In this document: positions 10,534 to 22,372 of the stretch, piece by piece
How positions within the stretch are numbered: position 1 is the stretch's first letter
How the letters are laid out: the number at the start of each line of letters is the position of its first letter
Source: an uncultured Hormoscilla sp.
Lineage (GTDB): Bacteria > Cyanobacteriota > Cyanobacteriia > Cyanobacteriales > Desertifilaceae
Length of the DNA stretch: 64,000 nt
Direction of reading: 5' to 3'
NCBI GenBank assembly: GCA_963921275.4
Contig: OZ001293.3
Coordinates: forward strand, 1,536,001-1,600,000
Program-made: the position numbers and the translations under genes
The notes under the pieces: model-generated
Told to the model about the DNA's origin: nothing
The model's input: only the letters and a program-made list of their open reading frames with translations
Database searches by the model: none

Positions 10534-11067
10534 CTACTTTAAGTCAAGTAAGCCCTTTTCCTTGAGTTTGGGGTTAAAGCGAATTTCCTCTCGGACTCCA
10601 CGTTCGGCAAGTCCGGCTTTAATTTCCGCTTCCACCCGCCTCGATACATTTTTCAACAGTTTCATTTGCCCCAGTTCGTCACTCGCCGCATAACTGCTTT
10701 GTTCTTCATCTGTCATGGTGATTTTCGCATCAATAGGTTCAGTCCATTTGCCTGCCTCAGCACCATTCCCAGGTGGGGTAGTACCATTTTCCGCGATCCA
10801 AGCATCCCGGATATTTTCTAAGGTTGTCCGCTTGGGTCTGTCAATAGTTTGCACCTTCAACCAATAGCACCTCTGGGGTTGACGGACTAAATGTTGCTTC
10901 AAGCTGACAAAGACATCACGAGAATAGTTGACAAGTTGCAGATATTGCGCTTCATCAAAGATAGCGTAAATCCCAATTTTGCCTTGCAACTGCTGAGGCA
11001 AGTGACCAGTTTCGTCAAGATAGGGCAGATATGTTAGACTAGCGAGGGCTGGAATATTATTTGTCAT
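10534..11067 (-). CDS. GIY-YIG nuclease-like family protein
   Basis: GIYAIFD motif; resembles a conserved cyanobacterial family. Confidence 0.7.
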   Translation of the reverse strand: MTNNIPALASLTYLPYLDETGHLPQQLQGKIGIYAIFDEAQYLQLVNYSRDVFVSLKQHLVRQPQRCYWLKVQTIDRPKRTTLENIRDAWIAENGTTPPGNGAEAGKWTEPIDAKITMTDEEQSSYAASDELGQMKLLKNVSRRVEAEIKAGLAERGVREEIRFNPKLKEKGLLDLK

Positions 11068-11074
11068 GGCCTAG

Positions 11075-11383
11075 TTACTTAATTTTGCGGTAAATAGCAC
11101 AGAGGCGACTGGGTTTGAAGATTTTGGCTTTGAACATGAAGTTGGGCGGGACGTTAACGATCGCATGTTCTTGGGAGTCATGATACTTTTCAAACTCCGG
11201 GGCCATGCCTTTGGGTGTCCCGGCGCTGTAGGGTACGGGTTGAAACAGGAACTCCGTAAACTCTACGGGAACTCCATTGAGTTGTTGACTCACTTGGTTT
11301 AAGAAAGCTTCACTTTGGAGTAAGCTAAAGAGAGTGGCTTTAGCCTCCGGGTCCAGGGTAAAGCTGAAGAGCAAAATTTTCAA
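11075..11383 (-). CDS. Conserved hypothetical protein (start uncertain)
   Basis: 102-aa ORF co-oriented with and 7 nt from the GIY-YIG gene. Confidence 0.55.
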   Translation of the reverse strand: MKILLFSFTLDPEAKATLFSLLQSEAFLNQVSQQLNGVPVEFTEFLFQPVPYSAGTPKGMAPEFEKYHDSQEHAIVNVPPNFMFKAKIFKPSRLCAIYRKIK

Positions 11384-13806
11384 TGATTCTCAGAGACATT
11401 TACGGTATATGGGCGGCTGTAAGTACAGGTAGACAGGCGGATAAGCAATACCTCGCTGGGTCGATTGCTCAATCTTACCACAAGTGGTGTTGTCCAGAAA
11501 CCGGTAACTTCTGCGAAACCGGGTTTCTGATGATGAGGACGCGCACCAGTCGGCTCAAAGTAGGGGGAGGGGTGTCTGTCGTATTTGAAAAGACTGGCGC
11601 TGGCAAGAAGCAAGCCTATGCCCTCTGCACGGAAGCACCATCGGACGGCAGTCTCGCAAGCTGGCAGTGGTATCCTGCCAGTACAGAGTCCCAATCTACG
11701 GGTTTTTACCATGCTATCTATCCCCGCAGCTGGTATGTTTATGAAAATGTGTTGAGTGCGGCTCTGACTTGCGAGCAGTTTTCCCCGATAATACCGGGAA
11801 ATTACCAGGAAACCAGTTACCCAATTGCCATCTTTGAATGGACGGCCCACAACCCCACGGATACGCCCATTACTCTCAGTATTATGCTCACCTGGGAAAA
11901 TACGGTGGGTTGGTTTACCAATCAGCTGAAGTCGCCAGAGGTGACTGTAAGGGATGATGGCAGCCCAGTATATGATTATCAGCCCCGCTGGGGGGAAAGT
12001 ACGGATAATTACAATCGCTGGATCGAGAATAACTTTCGCGTCGGCTGTCTGATGAGTCGCTTGTCTACGACAAATATCCCCGTGGAAGGGGAAGGTCAAT
12101 GGGCGATCGCGACGGTGAGCAATCCAGCGGTAGAGGTATTCTATCATAGTCGCTGGAAGCCAGGGGGGACGGGAGCGCAAATCTGGGAACCCTTTGCCAC
12201 AACTGGGGAGTTGAGTGACTCGGAAGATGAAAGTCCGGCAGCTGCGGGGGAACGAATAGCTTGCGCGATCGCGGTGCGGTTTACGATTAGACCGGGACGG
12301 ACTCGGAAAATACCTTTTATTTTAGCCTGGGACTTCCCGGTGACGGAGTTTGGGGTGAAGACTCAGGACTTGGCCCGATCGGGAGAGATGCCTTCGACGC
12401 AAATTGGGACGCAGATCGGTTATTATCGTCGCTACACGGACTTCTTCGGGCGGAACGGCAAAAATGCCTGGTCCATGGTTCGCACGGCCCTGAAGCACTC
12501 GGACAGTTGGAAAGAACAGATCCAAGCATGGCAGAAACCGGTGCTAGAAAACTGCGATCTACCGAACTGGTTTAAAATGGCCTTGTTTAACGAACTGTAC
12601 CTGTTGACGGGGGGCGGAACTCTCTGGACTTCGGCGTCAGAAGATGACCCGGTAGGTCAGTTTGCAGTCTGGGAATCGGTAGATTATCGTTGGTATGAAA
12701 GCCTGGACGTGCGACTGTACGGTGCCTTTCCCTTGGTATACCTGTGGCCGAAACTGGAAAAAGCAGTGTTGCTGGCCTATGCCCGGGCCATTCCCACCTT
12801 CGATCGCAGGACTCGGGTCATTGGTTATAATCAAGTAAAAGCCGCGCGCAAAGTCATGGATGCGACTCCTCATGACTTAGGTGCGCCCAACGAACATCCC
12901 TGGGAGCAAACCAATTATACCAGTTATCAAGATTGCAATCAATGGAAAGATTTACCCTGTGATTTTGTCTTGCAAGTCTATCGAGAGTTTGTGCTGACAG
13001 GTAGCACGGATATAGAGTTTTTGCAAGAATGCTGGCCCGCTATTGTCGGAACTCTGAATTATTTGAAGACTTTTGATAAGGACGGGGATGGCATTCCGGA
13101 AAACTCAGGGGCACCAGACCAAACCTTTGATGACTGGCAACTGCAAGGTGTGAGTGCTTATTGTGGAGGGTTGTGGTTGGCGGCCCTGTCCGCAGCAGTG
13201 GCGATCGGGGAAATGGTAGGTGATGCTGCTACCATAGCTGAATATCAAACATGGCTAGAACAGGGGAAAGAAATCTATCAAGAGAAACTCTGGAATGGCG
13301 AATTTTACCAACTGGATAGTGAAAGCGGTTCGGATGTGGTCATGGCAGACCAGTTATGCGGTCAATTTTACGCCCAACTGCTGGGATTACCAGATATCGT
13401 ACTCCGATCGCGTGCCCAATCAGCTCTGAAAAAGATATACGAAGCATGTTTCGTGAAATTCAATCAGCAGCACTCCGAGAAACTGGGAGTAGCAAATGGC
13501 GTGCGATTGCGCTGCGCGCACGCTACGCGAACGGACGGCACTGCGTCAAACCCGGATGCAACTCATCCATTAGAAGTATGGACGGGAATAAACTTTGGAC
13601 TAGGGGCATTTATGCTACAAATGGGAATGAAAGAGGAAGCAATGACAATTGCCGAAGCAGTAGTAAGACAAATATACCAGAAGGGGTTACAATTTAGAAC
13701 GCCAGAAGCGATAACTGCGGCAGGGACATTTCGTGCGAGTCATTACTTGCGGGCAATGGCAATATGGGGGATGTACGTCGTGGGGCAGGCGTCTCGCCTG
13801 CCCTAG
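11383..13806 (+). CDS. GH116 family beta-glucosidase / glucosylceramidase; first ~65 aa atypical, possibly truncated
   Basis: YESLDVRLYG, DQTFDDW, DQLCGQ and FRTPEA motifs. Confidence 0.85.
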   Translation: MILRDIYGIWAAVSTGRQADKQYLAGSIAQSYHKWCCPETGNFCETGFLMMRTRTSRLKVGGGVSVVFEKTGAGKKQAYALCTEAPSDGSLASWQWYPASTESQSTGFYHAIYPRSWYVYENVLSAALTCEQFSPIIPGNYQETSYPIAIFEWTAHNPTDTPITLSIMLTWENTVGWFTNQLKSPEVTVRDDGSPVYDYQPRWGESTDNYNRWIENNFRVGCLMSRLSTTNIPVEGEGQWAIATVSNPAVEVFYHSRWKPGGTGAQIWEPFATTGELSDSEDESPAAAGERIACAIAVRFTIRPGRTRKIPFILAWDFPVTEFGVKTQDLARSGEMPSTQIGTQIGYYRRYTDFFGRNGKNAWSMVRTALKHSDSWKEQIQAWQKPVLENCDLPNWFKMALFNELYLLTGGGTLWTSASEDDPVGQFAVWESVDYRWYESLDVRLYGAFPLVYLWPKLEKAVLLAYARAIPTFDRRTRVIGYNQVKAARKVMDATPHDLGAPNEHPWEQTNYTSYQDCNQWKDLPCDFVLQVYREFVLTGSTDIEFLQECWPAIVGTLNYLKTFDKDGDGIPENSGAPDQTFDDWQLQGVSAYCGGLWLAALSAAVAIGEMVGDAATIAEYQTWLEQGKEIYQEKLWNGEFYQLDSESGSDVVMADQLCGQFYAQLLGLPDIVLRSRAQSALKKIYEACFVKFNQQHSEKLGVANGVRLRCAHATRTDGTASNPDATHPLEVWTGINFGLGAFMLQMGMKEEAMTIAEAVVRQIYQKGLQFRTPEAITAAGTFRASHYLRAMAIWGMYVVGQASRLP

Positions 13807-13819
13807 GGCGGGGGTCTCG

Positions 13820-14080
13820 CCTAACTACCTTCAAACCTCGCCAACAATTCTTCACGAGACAATTCCAGCAGTATCGGGATATATTCTGCTGCCGATAATG
13901 TTAATAATGGCGGGATAATTGCTTCTAGTTGTGGATCGATTTCACCAAAGCGTATACGCAGGATACATGCATGCGATCGCTGACTGGCGTTCTCTCATGA
14001 TACCTTGCTGGAAACCTTGCTGGAAACCTTTATCCGTAGCATTTTCCAGTCGTTTTAAGTACAGAGGAGATAATTTCATC
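13820..14080 (-). pseudogene. C-terminal remnant of a paralog of 14228-15154
   Basis: Near-identical to about 14227-14480 (CTTCAAACCTCGCCAACAATTCTTCACGAGAC...). Confidence 0.75.
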
Positions 14081-14227
14081 GATTTTATCTTGGTCGTCTT
14101 CATCGGACTGGTTCAGTTGGATTAATTTTTTTCTTTTTTGCTCGATTGACCCCAAAGACAATTCATGTTTATGGGGTCAGTTCTCGATGTCGGTTGTCAG
14201 ATGTCGGTTTCAGTTATCCACCAACCG

Positions 14228-15154
14228 CTAATTACCTTCAAACCTCGCCAACAATTCTTCACGAGACAATTCCAGCAGTATCGGGGTATATTCTGGTGCC
14301 GATAATGTTAATAATGCTGGGATAATTGCTTCCAGTTGCGGATCGATTTCACCAAAGCGCATACGCAGGATACTTTCGATCGTGTACTGGCGTTCCCTCA
14401 TAAGTTGCTGGAGACCTTGCTGGAGACCTTGCTCGGTAGCTGTTTCCAGTCGTTTTAAGTACACGGGAGATAATTTCATAATCAAATCTTCGTCATCTGT
14501 ATCCAAATCTGCTTCATTCCGTTGACGTGCTTCTAAGACAAAAAGCAGGTCATACACTAATTCTAGCGTATTCTCTCGTAATGGGTTATCCTCTGAGAGT
14601 GCTTCTAGTTCCCTCATTGCTTGTTCTTGAACCTTACCCCTCCCTAAAATTCGCAACCACATTGTTTCTGGGGTACGGGGCAGTTGATGAATAGCTATCA
14701 GACCGGTTTTCAAGCCTTCTCCCAAAGAATATATGCCACTCATCCCAATTGCTGTATCCGGTTGGGCCGGAAAGCTTTGCAGCATTTCCTGAGAAATTGT
14801 CGGAGTTATTATCCACACCTGAGGGTATTCCGCTTCTGCTATGGTCACATTTTCGCGCCTGGCCCGGCGTGCTAATAAAGAATGATAGTCATACATTTTC
14901 CCCATACATTCGCGAATTTCATTTTTTTCGACAGCATTGCGGAATACCTCAAAACCCGCGGCACCTTTAACCGCCAGTTGTCCCAGTAAACCTATCTGTT
15001 CCGCCTTGGAGGCCGCGTCAGCAGCAGGGATAAAGAACACATCTATTTGTCTGACTTCCGATGTAATTTTTTTGCTGATTTCTACCTCTCCCAGGAGATT
15101 TAATAATTCCCAGAGATATTGTTTGGCAAATTGATCGTGGACTAAGCGAGTCAT
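14228..15154 (-). CDS. Cyanobacterial Rpn-like / PD-(D/E)XK-type hypothetical protein
   Basis: HDQFAKQYL, QIDVFF and WLRILGRG motifs; EQGLQQGLQQ repeat. Confidence 0.7.
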   Translation of the reverse strand: MTRLVHDQFAKQYLWELLNLLGEVEISKKITSEVRQIDVFFIPAADAASKAEQIGLLGQLAVKGAAGFEVFRNAVEKNEIRECMGKMYDYHSLLARRARRENVTIAEAEYPQVWIITPTISQEMLQSFPAQPDTAIGMSGIYSLGEGLKTGLIAIHQLPRTPETMWLRILGRGKVQEQAMRELEALSEDNPLRENTLELVYDLLFVLEARQRNEADLDTDDEDLIMKLSPVYLKRLETATEQGLQQGLQQLMRERQYTIESILRMRFGEIDPQLEAIIPALLTLSAPEYTPILLELSREELLARFEGN

Positions 15155-15598
15155 TTATTGTAGCATCATGTCTGATTAATACCCATCATTATCTCATCTG
15201 TAGGTTTGGTTGACCCACGTTACCCAAGGAATAAAGAATAAATTTTATCGCAATCTGGACTATTGAGAATAGTTACTATTTTTGGGATTAAGGACAAGGC
15301 AGGCTGGTTGTTGGAAATTACGGCGGCGATCGCCCTATTGCTGATACAGAGGCTTACGTATTTAACCGGTGTGACAATGGCCGATCGCTCTAGTATCACC
15401 GGCACATGCACAGAGTTGATACCTGCCTCCTTGCCAAGCTTTGTCTATGAACCGGTGGTTGCTGCTGCCCGATGAGCGATCGCCTTAATGGGCGACAGCT
15501 TATGCTATAGTAGAAGAATGGCACTGAAATCAACTTGTCAGTGGTCAGCGGTCAGCGGTCAGTGGTTAGTAGATGAGTAATTAGCATTAGCAACAGGA

Positions 15599-17394
15599 AT
15601 GAGAAAAAGACGAAATTTGTGGTTATTTGTATTGAGTTTGGCATGCGTGCTGCTGATCCAAGTCCATGCGATCGCCAAAAAGCATGTGAATGCAGAAGTA
15701 GGGGTAAAGCAAGTAGCAAATCTAGAGGAAATAGAGAAAAAGGTAGAGGCCGTGCCCCCCGGGTTTTCGCCGTGCGTCCGGGGGGCACGGGAGGAAAGTG
15801 ATGAAGAAGGGCAGCTAAAACGATTTGAGGAAGTAGTCAAAGATGCCGAGAAGTTAGAGGGTTTATTCACAGTTTACCGCCAGGATAAAAAAGGTAAACT
15901 ATATCTAGAAATAAAGCCAGAACAGCTGGATAAAAACTACCTGGGGGTGATAACGCTATCCACAGGTATAGGGGAGGCCGGGATATTAAAGGGCATGCCG
16001 ATCAGGGAAATATTGTTTCAATTTCGTCGGTTACAGAACAAAGTGTAGTTTGTGGTTCCGAATATCAACTTTAGGGGGAGTGAAGACGATCGGGTGCAGC
16101 GAACGATCTCTCGATCGTTTAGCGACTCAGTGCTGTACAGCATAAAAATAGAAAGTATTCATCCAGAACGAAAGACATTGCTGATCGATCTGGGGAGTCT
16201 GATGCTAGGACAAAGAGACATAGGTAATTTGTCATCGGTAGTGAGAAAAATGTTAGGAAATAGACAGAAATAAATCCTATTTCGGCGAGGCCAAAGCCTT
16301 TCCATTAAATGTAGAGATAGAGTCAGTTTACGGGTTTAAGAGTGCGTCCGGTGCAGGTGCAGATATTCCCAGCTTGCCAGACAGTCGGGCCTTTAGCCTA
16401 TCAGTACATTATAGTCTGTCAGAACTGCCAGTCAATAACGGCTACCGTCCCCGGGTGGCGGACGAACGGGTGGGCTATTTTGTGACAGCATACAAGGACT
16501 TAGGCAACGATAACCGGAAAGATCCATTTGTGCGTTACATCAACCGCTGGCATCTGGAGAAAAAAGATCCATATTCGCCGCTGTCGCCGCCGAAACAGCC
16601 GATCGTATTTTGGATTGAAAATACGGTGCCAGATGAATACCGGGAGGCGATCGCTCGAGGCGTGCTAATGTGGAATCGGGCATTTGAAAAGGCAGGTTTC
16701 TCGAATGCGATCGAGGTGCGGCAGATGCCAGATGATGCTCAATGGAACCCGGAGGACGTGCGCTACAATACGATCCGCTGGACGACTGCCCTTTGAGGTG
16801 ATTCCGGTGCAGAAACAAAGGGAGGCATTGAGTGCTATTGCAGAGTACGTGTTTGCATCAGATGCCTTTCAATTTTCACCCCAACTGTTGAATCAGTTAG
16901 CACCGTCCCGCTGGTGGCACTGGGGAACAGTTCCCGCCGTGTTCCGACTGGATTATCCGATTAGCGATCGCCTGTTTTTCGTGCAACGGGTAGTGTTGCG
17001 ATCGCTCTTAGCGGCACCGCGTTTGAGCAGGATGCGAGACTTAGAATTGAAGGCAGCACCCGAAGAGGTCTTGATGCTGCCTGAATTATTTGATACATTG
17101 CAAAACAGTATTTGGACAGAAGTAGCGCAAAAGGACCAAGAGAATATTTCCAGTATCCGCAGATCCTTACAGCGAGAGTATGTAGAAATATTAAGTGCAA
17201 TGGTGCTCCGTAAATCCCGAGTTCCTGAAGATGCACGCACCCTGGCATGGTATCATTTAGGTCAACTGCGTTCGGACATCGACAAGACCTTGAGAAGAAG
17301 GGGCCGGAGTTTCGATACCTATACCAAGGCCCATTTGGCCAAAACCCGCGATCGCATTGACAAAACCTTGTCTGCCCCCCTACAATCCAATTAA
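15599..17394 (+). pseudogene. Secreted zinc metalloprotease (DUF5117/DUF4953-type), fragmented
   Basis: Signal peptide; RVADERVGYF, IVFWIENTVP and DVRYNTIRW motifs; stop at 16046-16048; no HEXXH segment across the ~16790 junction. Confidence 0.8.
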
Positions 17395-17474
17395 TTTTGT
17401 GAATGGCTAATTGTTAATTGCGAATGGCTAATTGCGAATGGCAATGAACAACTATCAACAAAGAAGGGAAAATC

Positions 17475-17789
17475 ATGGATTTAGGAATCATAGCAGCGAT
17501 CGGGTATGGAGTGCTGGCCCTGGGAGGTGGTATCATGGGATACGTGAAAGTCAAGAGCAAGATTTCTCTAATTTCCGGTACCGTTACCGGTTTATTGCTG
17601 CTGGTAGCTGGGGCGATGCAATTAATGGGAATGTCAGTGGGGCTAATTTTAGCCGAAGTAGTAACAGGGATCTTAATAATTACATTTGGAATGCGGTTGT
17701 TCAAAACCGGCAAATTTATGCCTGCCGGGTTGATGATTATAGCTGGTGTGGTAGCCTTAGGGGCGATGCTTTCCCCGATGTTTATTTAA
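17475..17789 (+). CDS. TMEM14 family small membrane protein
   Basis: GGIMGY..KSKISLISG and KFMPAGL motifs. Confidence 0.85.
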   Translation: MDLGIIAAIGYGVLALGGGIMGYVKVKSKISLISGTVTGLLLLVAGAMQLMGMSVGLILAEVVTGILIITFGMRLFKTGKFMPAGLMIIAGVVALGAMLSPMFI

Positions 17790-18113
17790 GTGCTGGTCGT
17801 GCCGCCTACAATGGCAAATCCAATCTAAAACCAGGTAGAACATTTTCCCCAGATAAGCTGAGAAACCCGGTAAGTTAAGAGTTACCGGGTTTCTGGATCT
17901 TCGGTTTATTTATACCTGCCTACTTACCACCCCTGATCGCCATCGGGTGCCTTGCCACCACTGGCGATCGCTCTGCAATTCTTCACATAAGCGAATCCAG
18001 CTGCCGATTTTGCAGCTGGATTCGCGTGAGAATATGGCGGTTAATGCCGCGAGTTTCCCTTTACTTCGACCAATAATGAATCCTGCTTCGACGTTTTCCT
18101 TACCCTGCTTCCG

Positions 18114-18458
18114 CTAGGAATAAGTGAAGTTTTTTAAGGAAAACTGCTTGCTATCAGCTGTTGCCAACGCCTCACCGTTTTCTTTTTGATAGGTCGTTTC
18201 TGGTTGCTCAAAACCCTCTTGCCTGCCATGACTGTACGACCAGCCCCACCTATAAATACACGGCCCTATCTCCCCTGGGACAAGAGCTCTAGCAGAGATA
18301 TCGAAGTACCTGCATGTCCAAGGATTACTACAGAACAGCGCAAATTCCCCATTATTTACCCTGTTTTGAGCTACGGAGGTAGCACCCGTAATAGCTAGCA
18401 TGGTAGTTGCAATCGAAGTAGCTATCAAGCTTTTCTTGTTGATTTTCATGTTTTTCAT
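18114..18458 (-). CDS. Possible secreted protein or fragment
   Basis: Signal-peptide-like N-terminus only. Confidence 0.35.
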   Translation of the reverse strand: MKNMKINKKSLIATSIATTMLAITGATSVAQNRVNNGEFALFCSNPWTCRYFDISARALVPGEIGPCIYRWGWSYSHGRQEGFEQPETTYQKENGEALATADSKQFSLKNFTYS

Positions 18459-19489
18459 AGGTTATCAACCTCTAACTTCCCTGATTTGTTTTATCCTATT
18501 CGGACCGAACGCCCGCCTCGACATCGGTGGGTCGTTTTTGGGCAGTACCGCCGACAGTCTACTGTTTGATGATGGTAGCTTCTACAGTGCTACCAATCCA
18601 GAAGCACGGCCATTACTGACGATTAATGTTCCCATCGGTTTGCAGTTGGGACCGAACTCTGGTTCAATTCGAGTGCTGGGACCAGGACATAATCTGACCC
18701 AACAAAGTTTCGCCGTGATTCGAGACAACAGACCTACCGGTGTAGCAGTAGCACCAGGCAATACCTTAGTTGGTCATGAAGTTCATCTCGAAGGAGGTAA
18801 TCTTACTGCTATTGATGGACGAGTCGAACTGGGTGGGGTAGTCGAAGGGAGGGTAGAAATTGTCCCAGCATCAGGCGGTTTGAAATACGACTGTGCTATC
18901 TCCAAAGGAGACATTCGGCTGTCTGGGGCTGCATCGATAGATGCAAGTGGTGCTGGGGGTACAGTGCAGTTAGTGGGACGACAGATTCAGTTGCGAGAAG
19001 CTGCGGCGATCGTTTCCAATGCCACTGGCCCTGCTGATAGTGGTCCGTTTGTCGTGTGTGCCACCGAGTCAGTGGAAATGATTGGAGATTCAAACCCAGA
19101 AGCCTTCCCCACTGGTTTGTTCAATCAAGTGGAACAGGATGCCACTGGCAACAGTGGTGAACTAACGATCGTCACGGGGCGGTTGAGGATCGCGGATGGG
19201 GCCCTGGTGATTAACAGTACGGCAGGACTTGGGAGTACAGATCCTCTCCAGGTGACGGCAGATGTGGTGGAACTCAGCGGGAACCAGGGAATTAATGTAT
19301 CGGGTTTGTATTCTCAGGTGCTTCCCCTTGCTACGGGAGGCAACTCTGGGAACATGACAATTTTTACTGGACGCCTGCTACTTCTTGATGGCGGCGTCAT
19401 TAGTACAGGTACCTTTGGGGAGGGAAATGCAGGAGATTTAATAATTCGAGCAACTGAGTCCGTAGAACTGAGAGGTATAGATTCGGGCA

Positions 19490-20432
19490 GTGCGAATCGT
19501 TTTGGCGTAAGTCTGAAATATGGCGATCGCCGGGCTGGTTAATACCAGCAACTCTGGTCATCATGGGGGTTCAATTCCCCTTCCCCCAGGTACGGGAGTG
19601 ACCGCGTGAGGTGCTGCGGAGTAACATTACCGTGGTGCCTCCCGAGGACAAATGTAGGATAAGGTCTCAGCCCAGAGACCGACGCCGCATGGCTGCGCCA
19701 CGCTGCGCGATCGGAAAGAGGCTCATGGTTAGAGCAAGCGAATCCCTGTAAGCATCGTCATCTTAAACAAGCGAAAAGAGGCTGACACGCTTGGTGCAAA
19801 ATGCGCACGCAGTCCGCGTATCAGTGGTTGCACGTCACTGATATCGTACCCGAAATGACTGCCGGTGTATAGGGGAGACCTAAAAGCCTCGTGAAATGAT
19901 ACCAGGGAACGTTCCGGACAAGAGCGGTGCTGTCCAGATGGACAAGTCAGATGTGCGTCCGCGTAGCGTGCGCGCAGCGCCTAGCGCATGCCCGCGTGGG
20001 GAGGGAGGTCCTAAGAAGCTAATGCCCGGGGTAATGCCTGTGGATATGCAGACGTAGGACGGATATGGTAAAAAGCTCTAGGAGATAGTAGCCCTCTAAA
20101 CGTGCTTAACCAGTGGCAACACTAGGTAGTAATGATGGACTGAAATCCTAACCGGGTAAAAAATTTAGAGGCCCCATACGGGCACCTGTTAGTAAAGAAC
20201 GGTCATAGTGGTTTTCTAGTTCTCCCCCGTAAACCTTCCGGAGTTAGGTACTCAACTAGTTCATGACTGACCATAAAGGGGCTATATTTCATAGGGCAAG
20301 GGACAACGGGAGTAATCCCTAGTAATCCTACCCGTGACAAGGGTTTACCAACCAGTAGCCGTGTGCGGTGAAAGTCGCTCTTCAGGTTCCGAATGGGAGG
20401 ATTGTCCCGCGAGGGACAGCTCGACCCCGACC
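19490..20432 (+). mobile_element. ORF-less group II intron (943 nt), D5 partly degenerate
   Basis: GTGCG start; D5 AGCCGTGTGCGGTGAAAGTCGCTCTTCAGGTT; ends ACCCCGACC; EBS1 TGCACG versus exon CGGGCA (5/6). Confidence 0.9.
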
Positions 20433-20682
20433 ACTTATTTGGTGAAACCCTGGTGAGAGAGTCTAGCAGCATTTTCAGTACTGGCGGTTTTTCTCCTGGC
20501 AGCAGTAAGCTGCCCGACACGGTCACGGGCAGGGCAGGCAAGATCATGATCGATACGGGACAGTTAATCCTCTCAGATGGTGCTTTAATTGTGTCGTCAA
20601 CTGCCAGAAATCAGGACGGTGGCAACTTAACAATTCGAGCCACTGATTCCGTAATCCTTAGAGGAAACAATCCCTCTGCTAA

Positions 20683-22372
20683 GGTGATTTATGAAAAAGA
20701 AAGTACCAGCCGAAACAAGTACATAAAAATTCAAAAACATGTGTTAGGCGGATGTTTTGCACGTCACGGGAGAGTCGCATAAATAACTTAACAAAAATTT
20801 ACAGCCGTTGCGCTGCGCTCACCTACTTATCCTTAAAAGGTTATAATTGAGCAAAAGGAAGTCTGTGGATTACTAGATGAGTCAAGCTCTTTCCCCCCAA
20901 GAATTAAGTTCTGAGCAAATTGCTGACATTCATTTGGCAACGCGCGAAGATGCATGGAGCAGAGCGCCGATAGCGCTGCGCTGGGGGCGCAGCCATGCTT
21001 TTCAGGCTGAAATGGCAATCAAATACTGTCGAGGAAGTGCTCGTCAAAGTGAGAGAGTGTTTGGCTGGAAACAAACCGCTGTCGCTTTGGGACTAGCAGA
21101 ACGGCGAACAGGCATTACCTGTGTGGGAGCCCAGTCAGCCCATAGCGGCAGAAAACCCTGGGAAGAAAAGTATCCCTCAGCAGCCGAAGCTCTACGGCAG
21201 TTAGCTGAAGCTCATGTCCAACAGCGATCCACTTTTAACAGCACCATCGGCTATACCAGCGGAGGTGCAACTGAAGCGATCGCACAATTAAAAGTTCTCG
21301 AATTTCCAGCAATTACCCGGGAGCATCTCAATGCAAGCCTTTTGGCATTAAACACTGCTAATTGCTAATGGGTGCATCTAAATTTAGCTTTCGATATCTC
21401 TGCTCCTTGCTCTTGTCCCAGGGGACTCGGCACACAGGAGACATCGCGTCTTCAAAAATTATCAGGAATTACTAATCCCTCCTTATCTTCGGAGTCCCCC
21501 TTGTCCCCCTTGTCCCCCTTGTCCCCCTTCTTTTTGCTTCTATGAGATGCACCCAATTACCCTCTGTCAGCACTATGGCGGAGGTACTTAATCCTATGGG
21601 CTATCGCCTGGATCCAGTGGTGAAAGCAAAGCCTCAAAAAACAATTCTCCTTACTGATGCAATCTTTGACAATATCAAAGCTAAAGCTAAAGAGCTATCC
21701 TCTGAATATACCTCATGTCAAGTCAGACGTTTGTCTGTAGACTCTAAAGCCACTGTCAAGCTTGGCGATTATTCTCCTGGGGGTTTGACACGAGGAAATA
21801 CTCAAGCAGCAGACCATGATATGGGGAGTAAAGAAGCCGATATTCCCAAAGGAATCCTTGAGGAAGATAGTGGGCAACTTTTCATTACTTTTGGTAGCGA
21901 CTATAAAACTAGCGACTGAGAGCGTTGATTGTTTTGAAGAATGGTGGCAATGTCCACCCAAGAGCAAAAAGACTGTGAATTGATTCAAGGAAAAATTGAC
22001 AACATAAAGTAGTGGTGTAAGGACTCAATTTCTCAAGGAAATGGTGGAATAAGTTGACACAATTGGCAAGACCATTCAATTACTCTACTATCCCCCTTAC
22101 CATAGCAAGTATAATCCCATTGAACGCTGTTGGGGCCTTCTCTCATGGGAATGGAACCTTGCTGTCAGATGTTGAAACTATGCTGGGCGTCTAGTATGAC
22201 TTGGAAGGGACTTCATCCGATTGTTAACTTGAGCTTGAAGCTTTACCAAAAAGGAATTTCCGTGATCCTTAAAAGCGATGCGCTCGATTGAAAAACGACT
22301 TGAAGGTAATCCCCTTTTGCCTAAATGGGACATTCTGATTCGTCCCGGGTACTTTCTTTTCTGTAAATCACC
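20683..22372 (+). mobile_element. ISAzo13-like IS, degraded
   Basis: Imperfect 25-bp IRs GGTGATTTATGAAAAAGAAAGTACC / GGTACTTTCTTTTCTGTAAATCACC; TAA duplication (20680-20682, 22373-22375); SVDSKATVKLG, YPPYHSKYNPIERCWG and LPKWDILIRP fragments. Confidence 0.88.

Noticed and set aside
11380..12180. 266-aa antisense ORF and similar shadow ORFs over proC, der, DUF3086 and the Uma2 genes
   Set aside because: They lie opposite well-supported genes and show no recognisable motifs
21497..21528. Short tandem repeats (CCCCTTGTC-type; also near 26416 and 30780)
   Set aside because: Ordinary cyanobacterial short tandem repeats
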